Of a stretch of DNA of 64,000 nucleotides, positions 8,524-18,148 are shown piece after piece; within the stretch, counting starts at the first letter, position 1, and each line of letters opens with the position of its first letter. The position numbers and the translations under genes are program-made. Source of the stretch: a virus (lineage: Duplodnaviria; Caudoviricetes); the IMG/VR virus record IMGVR_UViG_2562617147_000003, positions 1 through 64,000 of that record. One strand, written 5' to 3'. The notes beneath the pieces were generated by a model, which saw only the letters and a list, made by a program, of their open reading frames with translations, was not told where the DNA came from and searched no databases.

Positions 8524-10197
8524 GTGATTCTCCGCCCCTATCAACAAGCAATGGTCAAGCGCGCCGTGGACGCACTGGCCGCGCGCGGCAACACTCTGGC
8601 CGTGGGCAGCACCGGCTGCGGAAAGACCATTATCTTGTCCGCCGTGGCCGGAAAGATCGGCGGCAAGCAGTGTGTGCTCCAGCACCGGGACGAGCTGGCA
8701 GCCCAGAACCTGCGCAAGTTCCGCGCCGTGAACCCCAGTCGCTCCACAAGCCTGTACACCGCCGACGCCAAGAGCTGGCGCGGAGACACCACTTTCGCCA
8801 TGACGCAGACCTTGACGCGGCATTTGTCCTCCATTCCCAAGCTGGACGCTCTGATCATCGACGAGGCGCACCACGCCGCCGCCGCCGGTTATCTCAAAAT
8901 AGTGGAGGCCGTGAAGGACAAAAACCCGGACTGCAAAATTTTCGGCGTCACGGCCACGCCCGCGCGCGGCGACGGCAAGGGCCTGCGCGCCGTGTTCGAC
9001 AACTGCTGCGACCAGATCAGTCTGCACAGCCTTGTGGCCATGGGCTTTCTGGTCAAGCCGCGTACCTTCGTCTGCACCTTGGGCGGCACGGACGAAAAGC
9101 TGGCCTCGCTGCGCAAGACCCGTTCCGGCGAGTACGACATGCACAAGGCCGCCGAGGTGCTGGACCTGGCCGTACACAACGAAGCCGTGGTGCGCGAATG
9201 GCGCAAGCTGGCAGGAGACCGCAAAACCATTGTTTTTTGCTCCACCGTGGAGCACGCCCGCCATGTGCTGGAAGCCTTTCTGGCCCAGGGGGCGCGCGCC
9301 GCGCTGGTCACCGGCGACATGCCCGCCGGTGAGCGCAAGGCCCTGCTGGAGCGTTTCGATAGAGTGGACGCGGCCAACGGCGTGCAAGTGCTGGTCAACG
9401 TGGCCGTGCTTACGGAAGGCTACGACAGCCAGCCGGTGAGCTGCGTGGTGCTGCTGCGGCCCTGCTCGCAGAAATCTACCATGCTCCAGATGATCGGCCG
9501 GGGCCTGCGTACTGTTGACCCGGCGATCTATCCCGGCGTGGTCAAGAAAGACTGCATCGTGCTGGATTTCGGGCGCTCCCTGGTCACGCACGGCGACATG
9601 GAAAGCAAGGTGCGCCTGGACGACAAGCCGAAAACCTGTCCCGAGTGCGGGGCGGAGATTCCTCGCGGAGTCATGGAATGCCCCATCTGCGGCCATGCCT
9701 TCAAAGCGCCGGCACGGGGCGCGGGCGGCGATCCTGACGGCGAGGACGGCCCTGAGGCCGTGAGTAACGTGTCCATGGAGGAAGTGGACCTGCTCAACGC
9801 CTCACCGTTCCGCTGGTGCGATATCTTCGGCTCCGGCAAGGTCATGCTGGCCAGTGGTTTTGAAGCCTGGAGCGCAGTGTGTTCGGCCGATGGGGATGCC
9901 TGGCTGGCCTTGGGCAGGCTCAAGGGAGAAGGCGGACTGCGGCGTCTGGCCGTGGGCGAACGCATCCCGGCTCTGGCCGCCGCGGACGATTTTTTGCGCC
10001 TGAACGAAAGCGACGACGCGGCCAAGAAAAATCGCCGCTGGCTCAACGACGCCTGCACGGACAAGCAATGGGGACATTTGCAGCGCCTGGGCTATGGACA
10101 GGGCAACATGCTTTCCTTCACCAAATACAGCGCGGCCTGCACGCTCAATTTTTTCTGGAACCGCGGACTCATTGAAAGGGAGCTTTTGCATGGTTGA
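8524..10197 (+). CDS. SF2 DEAD/DEAH-box helicase with zinc ribbon
   Basis: LRPYQ, TGCGKT, IIDEAHH, GVTATP, LTEGYD, QMIGRGLR; CPECG..CPICG. Confidence 0.93.
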   Translation: MILRPYQQAMVKRAVDALAARGNTLAVGSTGCGKTIILSAVAGKIGGKQCVLQHRDELAAQNLRKFRAVNPSRSTSLYTADAKSWRGDTTFAMTQTLTRHLSSIPKLDALIIDEAHHAAAAGYLKIVEAVKDKNPDCKIFGVTATPARGDGKGLRAVFDNCCDQISLHSLVAMGFLVKPRTFVCTLGGTDEKLASLRKTRSGEYDMHKAAEVLDLAVHNEAVVREWRKLAGDRKTIVFCSTVEHARHVLEAFLAQGARAALVTGDMPAGERKALLERFDRVDAANGVQVLVNVAVLTEGYDSQPVSCVVLLRPCSQKSTMLQMIGRGLRTVDPAIYPGVVKKDCIVLDFGRSLVTHGDMESKVRLDDKPKTCPECGAEIPRGVMECPICGHAFKAPARGAGGDPDGEDGPEAVSNVSMEEVDLLNASPFRWCDIFGSGKVMLASGFEAWSAVCSADGDAWLALGRLKGEGGLRRLAVGERIPALAAADDFLRLNESDDAAKKNRRWLNDACTDKQWGHLQRLGYGQGNMLSFTKYSAACTLNFFWNRGLIERELLHG

Positions 10198-10447
10198 TCT
10201 GAAGATGCTGGGCCGGTCGCTGGCTGAATCCGGGCTTATGGGCAGGAGTTTCGCCGCCATGAGCGAAGCCGAGGTGCGCCAGGTGGCCCGCATGATTCTG
10301 GACCACAGCAAAAAACGCTGCATCCTTTGCGACCAGTGGGAGAAGGTTCCCGAAGCCCCGTGGTGGATAGGCAGGTGCCGCATCGGCGGGCATGGCATCA
10401 GCAGGGACAGCTTTTGCACGCTCATCACTGACGAACCGCCGTTTTAA
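10190..10447 (+). CDS. small Cys-containing hypothetical protein
   Basis: MVDLKMLGRSL...CILCDQW...C...C; start overlaps the helicase stop. Confidence 0.6.
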   Translation: MVDLKMLGRSLAESGLMGRSFAAMSEAEVRQVARMILDHSKKRCILCDQWEKVPEAPWWIGRCRIGGHGISRDSFCTLITDEPPF

Positions 10448-10453
10448 GCGCTC

Positions 10454-11464
10454 ATGGTGCTGCGGAGGCGGCTATCCAGCCGGGAGCGCAAGGCGCTCTA
10501 TCAGAATTATCTGAAGACGGAGCACTGGCGGCAGCGGCGGGAGCTGGCCCTTGAGAGGGCCGGGCGGCGCTGCCGGGAGTGCGGCAAAGGCGGGCCGCTG
10601 GATGTGCACCATCTGACCTACGCGCGGTTGTTTCAGGAGAAGGACGAGGACTTGCTGGTGCTCTGCCGTGACTGTCACGGCAGACGGCATGGCTACAGAG
10701 GAGAAGAAGACATGCAAGATTTTACTATGCGCAATACCGGCGGTCGCGTGGCCTATCTGGTGGATACGGCCATGCTGCATGTGCAGGAGGCGGCCGACGC
10801 CGAACGGCTGGCCGCGCGCACACCGCGCATCGGGGCGTCCCGGCTGGGCGAATCCTGCCTGCGCAAGCTGCAATATGAATTTTTCAAGGCCCCCAGGGAC
10901 AAGCCCTTTACAGGTAAGGCCCTGCGTATTTTTCACCGTGGGCATGAAGGGGAAAACTGGATGGCCCGATGGCTGCGCCAGGCCGGTTTTGATCTTTATA
11001 CGCACAATGCCGATGGCCAGCAGAGATGCTTCCGCGCTCTGGACGGCAAAATTCTGGGCTACGCCGACGGCGTGCTGCGCGCCGGTCCGGAAGAGTGCGG
11101 GCCGTATCCGCGCCTTTGGGAAAACAAGGTTCTCGGTGCCAAGGGCTGGAACAAGGTAGAGCGCGACGGGCTCAAGAAGGCCTATCCCGTTTATTACGGA
11201 CAAATGCAGCTCTATATGGCCTATTTTGAACTGACCGGCGCCCCCGCGTTGTTCACGGCGCTCAATGCCGACAACATGGAAATCTGCGCCTTGGACGTGC
11301 CCTTTGACGCCCCGGCGGCACAGGATCTTTCGGACAGGGCCGTCAACCTGGTCAGGGCCTGCGAAGCCGGGCAGTTGCTGCCGCGTTGCGCGCAGGATGA
11401 AACATGGTTTGAATGCAAATTTTGCGACTGGCATCAGCGCTGCTGGTCCGGTCAAGAAATCTGA
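10454..11464 (+). CDS. HNH endonuclease fused in frame to a PD-(D/E)xK (Cas4-like) phage exonuclease
   Basis: CRECG..LDVHHLTY..LCRDCHGRRH, then IGASRLGESCLRKLQY...GYADG...WENK...YYGQMQLYM...CKFCDW. Confidence 0.85.
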   Translation: MVLRRRLSSRERKALYQNYLKTEHWRQRRELALERAGRRCRECGKGGPLDVHHLTYARLFQEKDEDLLVLCRDCHGRRHGYRGEEDMQDFTMRNTGGRVAYLVDTAMLHVQEAADAERLAARTPRIGASRLGESCLRKLQYEFFKAPRDKPFTGKALRIFHRGHEGENWMARWLRQAGFDLYTHNADGQQRCFRALDGKILGYADGVLRAGPEECGPYPRLWENKVLGAKGWNKVERDGLKKAYPVYYGQMQLYMAYFELTGAPALFTALNADNMEICALDVPFDAPAAQDLSDRAVNLVRACEAGQLLPRCAQDETWFECKFCDWHQRCWSGQEI

Positions 11465-11481
11465 AGCCGGAGCCGGCAATC

Positions 11482-13902
11482 ATGAACGCCGTCTTCGCTT
11501 CAAGAGTTGTGACGAAGGAAACTACGCTTGAAGACAGCATGCGTAACGATACGGTTGCATCGGCGCAATCGCTGTCGCCATCCGTGCGTCAGCCGTTCGA
11601 GCGCGGTGAGTTACTGATGACGACAGCAATTGGTCACGCCAATGGGCAGCCGACAAAACTGCTGTCGCCATTCGTAAGGCTCGGAGACTCGCCGACGACT
11701 GGCGCAAGCCCTGCGGGCAACGGCTGGTGCGACTTCAACACGGCCGCGCGGCAGGATGCCCGGCCCGCTCGCAACCGGGCCCATGGCGTTGCGAATCCCG
11801 CCGCCGCGTTCCGTGAGTTCCTGCTGTCACATGGATTGCACCCCGATGACAGCGTCGTTCCCACCGGAAACCGAGTGCAACGGTGCCCTGTGGATGACGA
11901 CAAACCCGGCCGGACGTCCGGCTGGTATGTGCTGTATGTGGACGGCCTGCCCGCCGGAGAGGCGGGCGACTGGAGAACCGGCGAAAGCTGGACGTGGTGC
12001 GCAAAAGAAAAAGACTCGCTCAGCCTTGAGGAGTTGAAAATCGCACAGGCGCACCTGGAGCGCTCCCGCAAGGCGCGGGAGCAGGAGCGCGCGCGGCTTG
12101 CCGCTGAGGCCGCCGCGCGGGCCGCTGACATCTGGGCCAAATCCAATGCGTGTGAGGCCCATCCTTACCTGAGCGCCAAGTGCAATGCGTCCTGTGGGCT
12201 CAGGCTGTCGGCCGGGAAACTGTTAGTACCGGTCATGGACATGGCGGGGACAATGCGTTCCCTGCAATTCATCGACGCCGGCGGGAACAAGAAGTTTCTC
12301 TTCGGCGGCGCCATCGCCGGATGCTTTCACCGCATTCCCGGCACAAACGACGTTGTGGCCGTGGCCGAGGGCTACGCTACGGCGGCGAGCATTCACATGG
12401 CCACGGGCTGGACCGTGCTGACGGCTTTCAATGCGGGCAATTTGCTGCCTGTGGCGCGGGCCTGGCGCCAGGTTCATCCCGAATGCCGTATGATCATCTG
12501 CGGTGATGATGACCGTTGGACAAAAGGCAATCCCGGGCGCGCCAAGGCCGAGGCCTGCGCCAGGGAAGTGGGGGCTGCAACGCTGTTTCCGTCCTTCGCG
12601 TCGGGCGCGGGCAGGCTCACGGACTGGAATGACCTGCACCAGCGTGAAGGGCTGGAGGAGGTGAAGCGGCAGTTGCTGGCGGGCGCGGGCCAGCGGAAGC
12701 GGGACATCCGGTCATGGGGCCTTGAGCGCTTTGCCGGGCAAGCTCCGGAGCGACGCTGGCTTGTGGAGAATATCATGCCCTGCGGCGCGGTTTTTGTGCT
12801 GGCCGCCATGGGCGACGCCGGCAAGGGCATGCTTACCCTGGATCTGGGGCTTAAGGTGGCGGGCAAGACGCCGCTGCGCAGGGGCAACGGTGGCGAGCGT
12901 GACTTTAACCCTGATCTGACCGCCTTTGGGAACCGCATTTTGCGGCAGGGGCCGGTGGCGGTCATTTCCGCCGAGGACAGCGCCGATGAGGTGCATCGTC
13001 GTCTCCAGAGTATCGGCGTGGGTCGGGCCCGGGAGATGTATGTGCTGCCGCTGCCCAACGCCGGGGGGCCGCTGCCGGTCATCGTGCCCGGCAAACACGG
13101 CCCGGAGCTGTCCGCCGACTGGCTGGAGCTGCGCGCCCAGCTTGTGGAACTGCGGCCTGCGCTTATCGTCATTGACCCGCTGGCCAGTTTCGTCATGGCG
13201 GATATCAATACCGATCCCGCCGTGGGAGCTTTCACCATGGGACATATGGCGCAACTGGCCCAGGAAACCGACGCGGCCGTGGTGCTGGTGCACCATCTGG
13301 CCAAGAGCAAGGCCAACGTGGTTACGCCGGAAGAGGCCCGCGCCCTGATCCGGGGCACCTCGGCCATCGTGGACAACGCCAGGGCGGCTTATGTGCTCTG
13401 GGGCGTAGAGGAAAAGGCGGGCAGGGCGGCCTGCTCCGCGCTGGGCGTGGAATGGGCGCGCAACAGCGTCATGAAGGGCTGTCTGGTCAAAAGCAATGGC
13501 CCAGGTGACCGGGAGATCAAGACTTGGATACGCAACAAAGCGGGACTGCTGGAGGTGCGCAACGAGCAGTTGCGCAGCGTCGCCAGGGAGCGCACGCCCG
13601 CGCTGCTGGACAGCCTTGCGGCGGCCTGCGCCGAAGCCGCGCAACGGGGACAGCCCTTTACCAAAACCGGGGCCAACGGCCTGTTTACGCGGCGGCAGGA
13701 GATGCCCGCGGAGTTGCGCGGCTTGAGCAAACATCTGCTTGACCAGTACGCGCAGCGGCTTCTGGAGGCTAAGCGGCTGGTGCTCTGCATCGCCAAGGGC
13801 AGCACCAGCAAGAAATGGTTGGACGTGCCGGACGGCGACTTCGCCCTGGGCCTGGGCCAGTTCGCTACAGGAGCGACGGAGGACAAGGAAAATGATTCGT
13901 AA
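11482..13902 (+). CDS. primase-helicase (TOPRIM + AAA_25/RepA helicase)
   Basis: VAEGYATA...ICGDDD TOPRIM, DWNDLH, AMGDAGKG Walker A, LIVIDPL, VLVHH; GGAG RBS before ATG 11482. Confidence 0.9.
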   Translation: MNAVFASRVVTKETTLEDSMRNDTVASAQSLSPSVRQPFERGELLMTTAIGHANGQPTKLLSPFVRLGDSPTTGASPAGNGWCDFNTAARQDARPARNRAHGVANPAAAFREFLLSHGLHPDDSVVPTGNRVQRCPVDDDKPGRTSGWYVLYVDGLPAGEAGDWRTGESWTWCAKEKDSLSLEELKIAQAHLERSRKAREQERARLAAEAAARAADIWAKSNACEAHPYLSAKCNASCGLRLSAGKLLVPVMDMAGTMRSLQFIDAGGNKKFLFGGAIAGCFHRIPGTNDVVAVAEGYATAASIHMATGWTVLTAFNAGNLLPVARAWRQVHPECRMIICGDDDRWTKGNPGRAKAEACAREVGAATLFPSFASGAGRLTDWNDLHQREGLEEVKRQLLAGAGQRKRDIRSWGLERFAGQAPERRWLVENIMPCGAVFVLAAMGDAGKGMLTLDLGLKVAGKTPLRRGNGGERDFNPDLTAFGNRILRQGPVAVISAEDSADEVHRRLQSIGVGRAREMYVLPLPNAGGPLPVIVPGKHGPELSADWLELRAQLVELRPALIVIDPLASFVMADINTDPAVGAFTMGHMAQLAQETDAAVVLVHHLAKSKANVVTPEEARALIRGTSAIVDNARAAYVLWGVEEKAGRAACSALGVEWARNSVMKGCLVKSNGPGDREIKTWIRNKAGLLEVRNEQLRSVARERTPALLDSLAAACAEAAQRGQPFTKTGANGLFTRRQEMPAELRGLSKHLLDQYAQRLLEAKRLVLCIAKGSTSKKWLDVPDGDFALGLGQFATGATEDKENDS

Positions 13903-13907
13903 CACCG

Positions 13908-14275
13908 TTCCCGGCGTTCCCGGAAAAGTCTTCCCGGAAGATATCAGGAAAATTAGAGCGTTTTGATATTGAAAATATCTCAACGCTCTGTGCGGATTTT
14001 CACAGAAAATCCGCACCGCGAAAGTATCGCAAGGCGAATTTACTTCGCCGTTAAGCGATAATTTCAAGCGCAAAATGCTCTAAGATGTTAAAAATAATTC
14101 CCGGCCATTCCCGGAAAAACATTTCCGGAAATTTTGCGACATCCCCGAGGAAAAGTGCCATTCCCGGGAACGTTTCGGGAACGGCCGGGAACGCGGGAAC
14201 GTTTTTATAACTTATTGAAATTAAAGAAAAAAATGCACACCCAACGACGGGGGGTAATATATAGGCTTTAGCCTA
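13908..14275. repeat. TTCCCGG/CCGGGAA iteron cluster and palindrome, putative replication origin
   Basis: About ten TTCCCGG or GGGAAC copies directly after primase; hairpin GGGGTAATATATAGGC-TTTA-GCCTATATATACCCC. Confidence 0.5.
13953..14083. mobile_element. MITE-like element with TTAGAGC..GCTCTAA ends
   Basis: Terminal inverted repeats TTAGAGCGTTTT/AAAATGCTCTAA with internal hairpins; interrupts the iteron cluster. Confidence 0.6.
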
Positions 14276-14473
14276 TATATACCCCACCCCGGAGGAGGGT
14301 GTGCAGGGTGCGGGAACAAAGGAGCGGGAAAATGTGCGATTACGAATACTCCGTGGCCGTGCTGGCGGACAATCCCGGCATGTACGGGCGGCAGTGGTGG
14401 GAACAAGAACAGCGGGCCGAGGAAAAAGGTCTGCCGGGAAAGGGAAAAGCGGAATCCGTGGAGGAGGTGCGGC

Positions 14474-14698
14474 ATGACGGCGAATAACAACGCGCGGCCT
14501 GTGGTGGTGAGCTATACGCCCAAGATTCTGCGGAACATGACCGAGATCTGCGAGGAGATGGGCGTGGGGCCGAAGACGGTCAAAAAGTGGGTGGAACAAG
14601 GTGCCCCCATCGCCGTGGGGGGCGAAGGGGGCAATTCGCGCTACAGTGCGGAGGCGGTCAGGCTTCAGGCCTGGAGGACTGGGCCGTGCGAAACCTGA
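14474..14698 (+). CDS. small MerR/excisionase-like HTH protein
   Basis: NMTEICEEMGVGPKTVKKWVEQGAP winged-HTH pattern; GAGGAGG RBS. Confidence 0.7.
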   Translation: MTANNNARPVVVSYTPKILRNMTEICEEMGVGPKTVKKWVEQGAPIAVGGEGGNSRYSAEAVRLQAWRTGPCET

Positions 14699-14706
14699 GC
14701 GTGGCG

Positions 14707-14985
14707 CTACACGGGCAGGATTTCCAGGCGAATGGGCTGGCCCACGGCCTTGGCATACCGGGCGATGGTTTTCAGCGAGATATTCTTGCCGGATTCTATG
14801 CGGGCGATGGTGGACTGGGTAACCCCCATCTTACCGGCGACATCGGCCTGAGTCAGGCGGGCGTTGGCACGCGCCTGAATGAGTGCGCTGGCAATGGAAA
14901 ATTCCTGATCCAAAGCATCGTAGGCAGCCCTGAACTCTTCATTGCGCATCAGTTCGGGCAGTTCGTCGAGAACACGCTTGCGCAT
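14707..14985 (-). CDS. HigA-like XRE antitoxin
   Basis: ARANARLTQADVAGKMGVTQSTIARIESG; downstream of a RelE-like toxin. Confidence 0.85.
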   Translation of the reverse strand: MRKRVLDELPELMRNEEFRAAYDALDQEFSIASALIQARANARLTQADVAGKMGVTQSTIARIESGKNISLKTIARYAKAVGQPIRLEILPV

Positions 14986-14986
14986 A

Positions 14987-15310
14987 TCAATCGACCTCCT
15001 TCGCCCTTCTGAGGGCCAATTTGATTTCTTCCTGTGGTGTCTGCTGCGTTTTTTTGACGAATGAACGGGCAATGACCACACGTTTGCCAGTGGCGGTTAC
15101 ATAAATGCTCCGAGCAATGCCGTCCCTGCCGCGTCCACGTATTTCCCATAATTTCTCCTGTAGGTGCCTGACATAGGGCATCCCTACACGCTCCAAGCCG
15201 TATGCTTCGATTATTTCAACGATTTTGAGCATAGAAGCCAGCATGTCGGGAGGCAAAGCGAGAAATTCATTTCGCACAGTCTCGTTGAGGTATTCTACCG
15301 TCCAGTTCAT
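14987..15310 (-). CDS. HigB/RelE/ParE-family toxin
   Basis: MNWTVEYL...GMPYVRHLQEKLWEIR...R..Y...FVKKTQQTP. Confidence 0.88.
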   Translation of the reverse strand: MNWTVEYLNETVRNEFLALPPDMLASMLKIVEIIEAYGLERVGMPYVRHLQEKLWEIRGRGRDGIARSIYVTATGKRVVIARSFVKKTQQTPQEEIKLALRRAKEVD

Positions 15311-15462
15311 GATGAAAATATCGCATATATGCGATGAAGTAGCAATGTCTAAAATGTTGTCAACCCCTCCCACGCTATGCCCACGCCCCTCCCACGCTTA
15401 TCCTACGCTTACCCAGCCCGGAGTGCCATGCTACGCTTTTGCCAAAAGCAGGAGCGTAGCCC

Positions 15463-16077
15463 ATGCCCATCTTCACCGATTTCATCAGCGCCTTTCTGAC
15501 CCGCATGGAAGAGCGGCATTGCGTCGCCTACATCCCGTGTAAGCGGCGTAATTTCGACGGCCACGGCAATGCCGGTGACTGCGGCGAACCCGTCGGCCAG
15601 TCCGGCGTGACCATCGGCGCGGGCCTGGACCTGGGGCAGCAGGGAGAAGCCGATTTGCGCCGTATGGGGTTGGAGATGGAACTCATCAACCTGTTCCGCC
15701 CCTATCTCGGCAAAAAGCGGCACGGCGCCGTGGCCGCCCTGGGCAAGTCCCCCCTGACCATCACCGAATCACAGTGCGACGCCGTGAACCGCGCCGTGCA
15801 TACCGACTATATCCGCCGGGGCGCCGACCTCTATGACCGCTATACCGAAAGCAAGTCCTTTGCCGACTGCCCCGCGCAGGCCCAAGCTGTTATCGTATCC
15901 CTCTTTTATCAGCTTGGCTTGCCGTTCCCCAGCGCTGACCGTCACGGCTATCCCGTGCTTTACGGCCATCTGTGCCGTGGCGACTGGCAGGCCGCCGCAT
16001 TGGAGCTGAAAACGGGATTCAAAAAGTACATCTACCGCCGCCGTCAGGAAGGCGAACTGCTTGAGGGGATTGCCTGA
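15463..16077 (+). CDS. endolysin, pesticin C-terminal-like muramidase
   Basis: YIP...QSGVTIGAGLDLGQ and AVIVSLFYQ motifs; upstream of holin-like genes. Confidence 0.8.
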   Translation: MPIFTDFISAFLTRMEERHCVAYIPCKRRNFDGHGNAGDCGEPVGQSGVTIGAGLDLGQQGEADLRRMGLEMELINLFRPYLGKKRHGAVAALGKSPLTITESQCDAVNRAVHTDYIRRGADLYDRYTESKSFADCPAQAQAVIVSLFYQLGLPFPSADRHGYPVLYGHLCRGDWQAAALELKTGFKKYIYRRRQEGELLEGIA

Positions 16078-16373
16078 TGTTCGATCTGCTCAAGTCCTTG
16101 TTCGGCATCGGCGGAAAAGCGTTAGATAAAATTTTTCCCGACCGGGCCAGGCTCCAGGAAAAGAACCTGGAGATCAACGCGGAAACGGAGCGGGCCAGCG
16201 GCGGGCGCATGACTCCGCGCAAGCTGCTCATGTATGTTTTTGCGCTGGGCCTCGCCTGGGAACTGATGGTCAGGCCGTTCATCGTCACCTACTGGCCTGC
16301 GGCGACATTGCCACCGTCCATGCTCAAAGAACTTATGGCGGCGGCCTCCGCCATGTTCGGCATGGGGTTCTGA
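16077..16373 (+). CDS. putative holin
   Basis: 98-aa membrane protein overlapping the endolysin stop. Confidence 0.6.
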   Translation: MFDLLKSLFGIGGKALDKIFPDRARLQEKNLEINAETERASGGRMTPRKLLMYVFALGLAWELMVRPFIVTYWPAATLPPSMLKELMAAASAMFGMGF

Positions 16374-16374
16374 C

Positions 16375-16593
16375 GTGAGCGCCACGGCAGAAGAGCGCCT
16401 GGCCCGCATCGAGGCCCAGCTCGCCGGGCTCAACCAGCGTCTGGACGAGGTGGTCATCAGCCAGCTCAGGGACCACGGCAAACGTCTGGCCGCCTTGGAG
16501 CGGCGGCAGATCTGGGTGGGCGGCTGGATCGCCGGGGCCGGGGCCGCGGGCGCGGGCCTGACGTATCTGGTCAAATTTCTGGGAGGGCTGTGA
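16375..16593 (+). CDS. small coiled-coil + TM protein (XhlA-like)
   Basis: EERLARIEAQL...RLAALE..hydrophobic tail. Confidence 0.6.
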   Translation: MSATAEERLARIEAQLAGLNQRLDEVVISQLRDHGKRLAALERRQIWVGGWIAGAGAAGAGLTYLVKFLGGL

Positions 16594-16689
16594 CACTCTC
16601 TCGGAGTATGCCGGGATATCGCGTTTCCACTGTTGAAAACGCATTTACCAAACCTCACACAGCAACAATCTACCATTGGAGGGAAAAAC

Positions 16690-17040
16690 ATGAGCCAGCA
16701 ATGCGACTGCGAAAAAGCGACTGTGAGCGTGCCCGTGCGGGGCATCACGCTTGCCCTTGATGAGGAAACCCTGGCCGGTATCGTGGGCACCGGCTCGCCT
16801 GTTTCCCCCATCGACAGCGTCAAGCTGATCGAAGGAGGGAACAATCAGACCGTGGCCCTGCCCGAGGGCGGCACCTGGGCCTGGCTGTGCCAGCGGGTTG
16901 ATGTGAATTTCAACAATATGAGTGGGGTCAAAGTTTCCAGAGGTTTCTCCGGCGCCGGAATTGCCGAGGGCGGGACCATTGTGAGCCCCAAGGCTGAGCC
17001 CGGATATGCCTACCAGGTCGTCTGCATGCGCGTGGCCTAG
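16690..17040 (+). CDS. hypothetical protein with CxC...PVRG N-terminal motif
   Basis: MSQQCDCEKATVSVPVRGITLALD resembles the N-termini of the next two genes. Confidence 0.7.
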   Translation: MSQQCDCEKATVSVPVRGITLALDEETLAGIVGTGSPVSPIDSVKLIEGGNNQTVALPEGGTWAWLCQRVDVNFNNMSGVKVSRGFSGAGIAEGGTIVSPKAEPGYAYQVVCMRVA

Positions 17041-17210
17041 CGGGCCCTGCAAAAAGACTGGGGACGTCGTCGTAGATCCCAATTTGAGCGTGAGAACGGC
17101 GGCGTCCCTGACGAAATTGCTCCCAGATCTGGAGCGGATCGCAACAGGGCGCGCCCGCTGACAAGCCTTTTTGCCCCATTGCCGTTTTCAACCAACAAAG
17201 GACAATATCA

Positions 17211-18086
17211 ATGAGCCAGACTGAACAGCATTGCGCCTGTGATCCTTCCAATCTTGTCATGCTGCCCGTGCGCGGCTTCGGCCTTGCCGTGGACCCCAGC
17301 GGCCTTGTGCCCGCACCCGCCCCGGTGCTGACCTGCCGTGAGCGGGTGGACCGGGACATGCACATCTATATCAACGGCAACCTTGAAACGTCCGGCGACG
17401 GCCTGGGTCCGGAAACAGCGGTGAAAGGCTATGCGGACGCCGTGCTGGCCCTGTCGAAGTACGACGGGTGCAATCAGCACGCGGCGCATCTGCATTTTCT
17501 GTCTCTGGAGGACACGGAGGCAACCTATCCGGATTTTACTGTATTTTCTAATACATACAGCACGTTTACATCACTTCGTATCAGCGGGGAGTCCTACGAA
17601 ACGACGCATCTCGGCGTCTGCTCATTCCAGATGGGAACAGTCATTGCTGTCTCTGAGGTCAGTATGCGCTCCCTTGCCTCTCTTGGATCGCACACATCTA
17701 TTTCCGGCGATGTGGCTTTCAAGGCGAACGGGGAGAGTTATGCGATGAACGTGAACTACGGAGGCTGCCTCTACATTCTGGAAAATGTGAATGTCTATTT
17801 CCATGCAGGCTCATGTACAGCTTACATGAAAATCACAAGTTCGATGATGCTATTATGTGAAAATTCAAAATTTCATACAATTGGAAGTATTGTCGCGAGC
17901 GTAGCCTTCCTTTATGTCCAGTATAATGGCTCGATTACAATCGGAAATACTGTGGATTTTTCCGGATGTACATCTGTTTTAGGCAGAAAATACTATTTGA
18001 TGGGCCTGTCATATATTAATTCAAACGGCACCACGTTGCCTGGGACGCAGGCGCCCATGCTGGAAACCGGCAGCATTTACGTCTGA
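17211..18086 (+). CDS. tailspike/beta-helix-like protein, paralog 1
   Basis: IYINGNLETSGDG...TAVK motif; beta-rich C-terminus; paralog of 18149-19024. Confidence 0.6.
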   Translation: MSQTEQHCACDPSNLVMLPVRGFGLAVDPSGLVPAPAPVLTCRERVDRDMHIYINGNLETSGDGLGPETAVKGYADAVLALSKYDGCNQHAAHLHFLSLEDTEATYPDFTVFSNTYSTFTSLRISGESYETTHLGVCSFQMGTVIAVSEVSMRSLASLGSHTSISGDVAFKANGESYAMNVNYGGCLYILENVNVYFHAGSCTAYMKITSSMMLLCENSKFHTIGSIVASVAFLYVQYNGSITIGNTVDFSGCTSVLGRKYYLMGLSYINSNGTTLPGTQAPMLETGSIYV

Positions 18087-18148
18087 TTTTCTGAAATCCC
18101 GTGCGGCACTTCTCCACCACAACCTTGTACTATTATAAGGAGTTTTAC

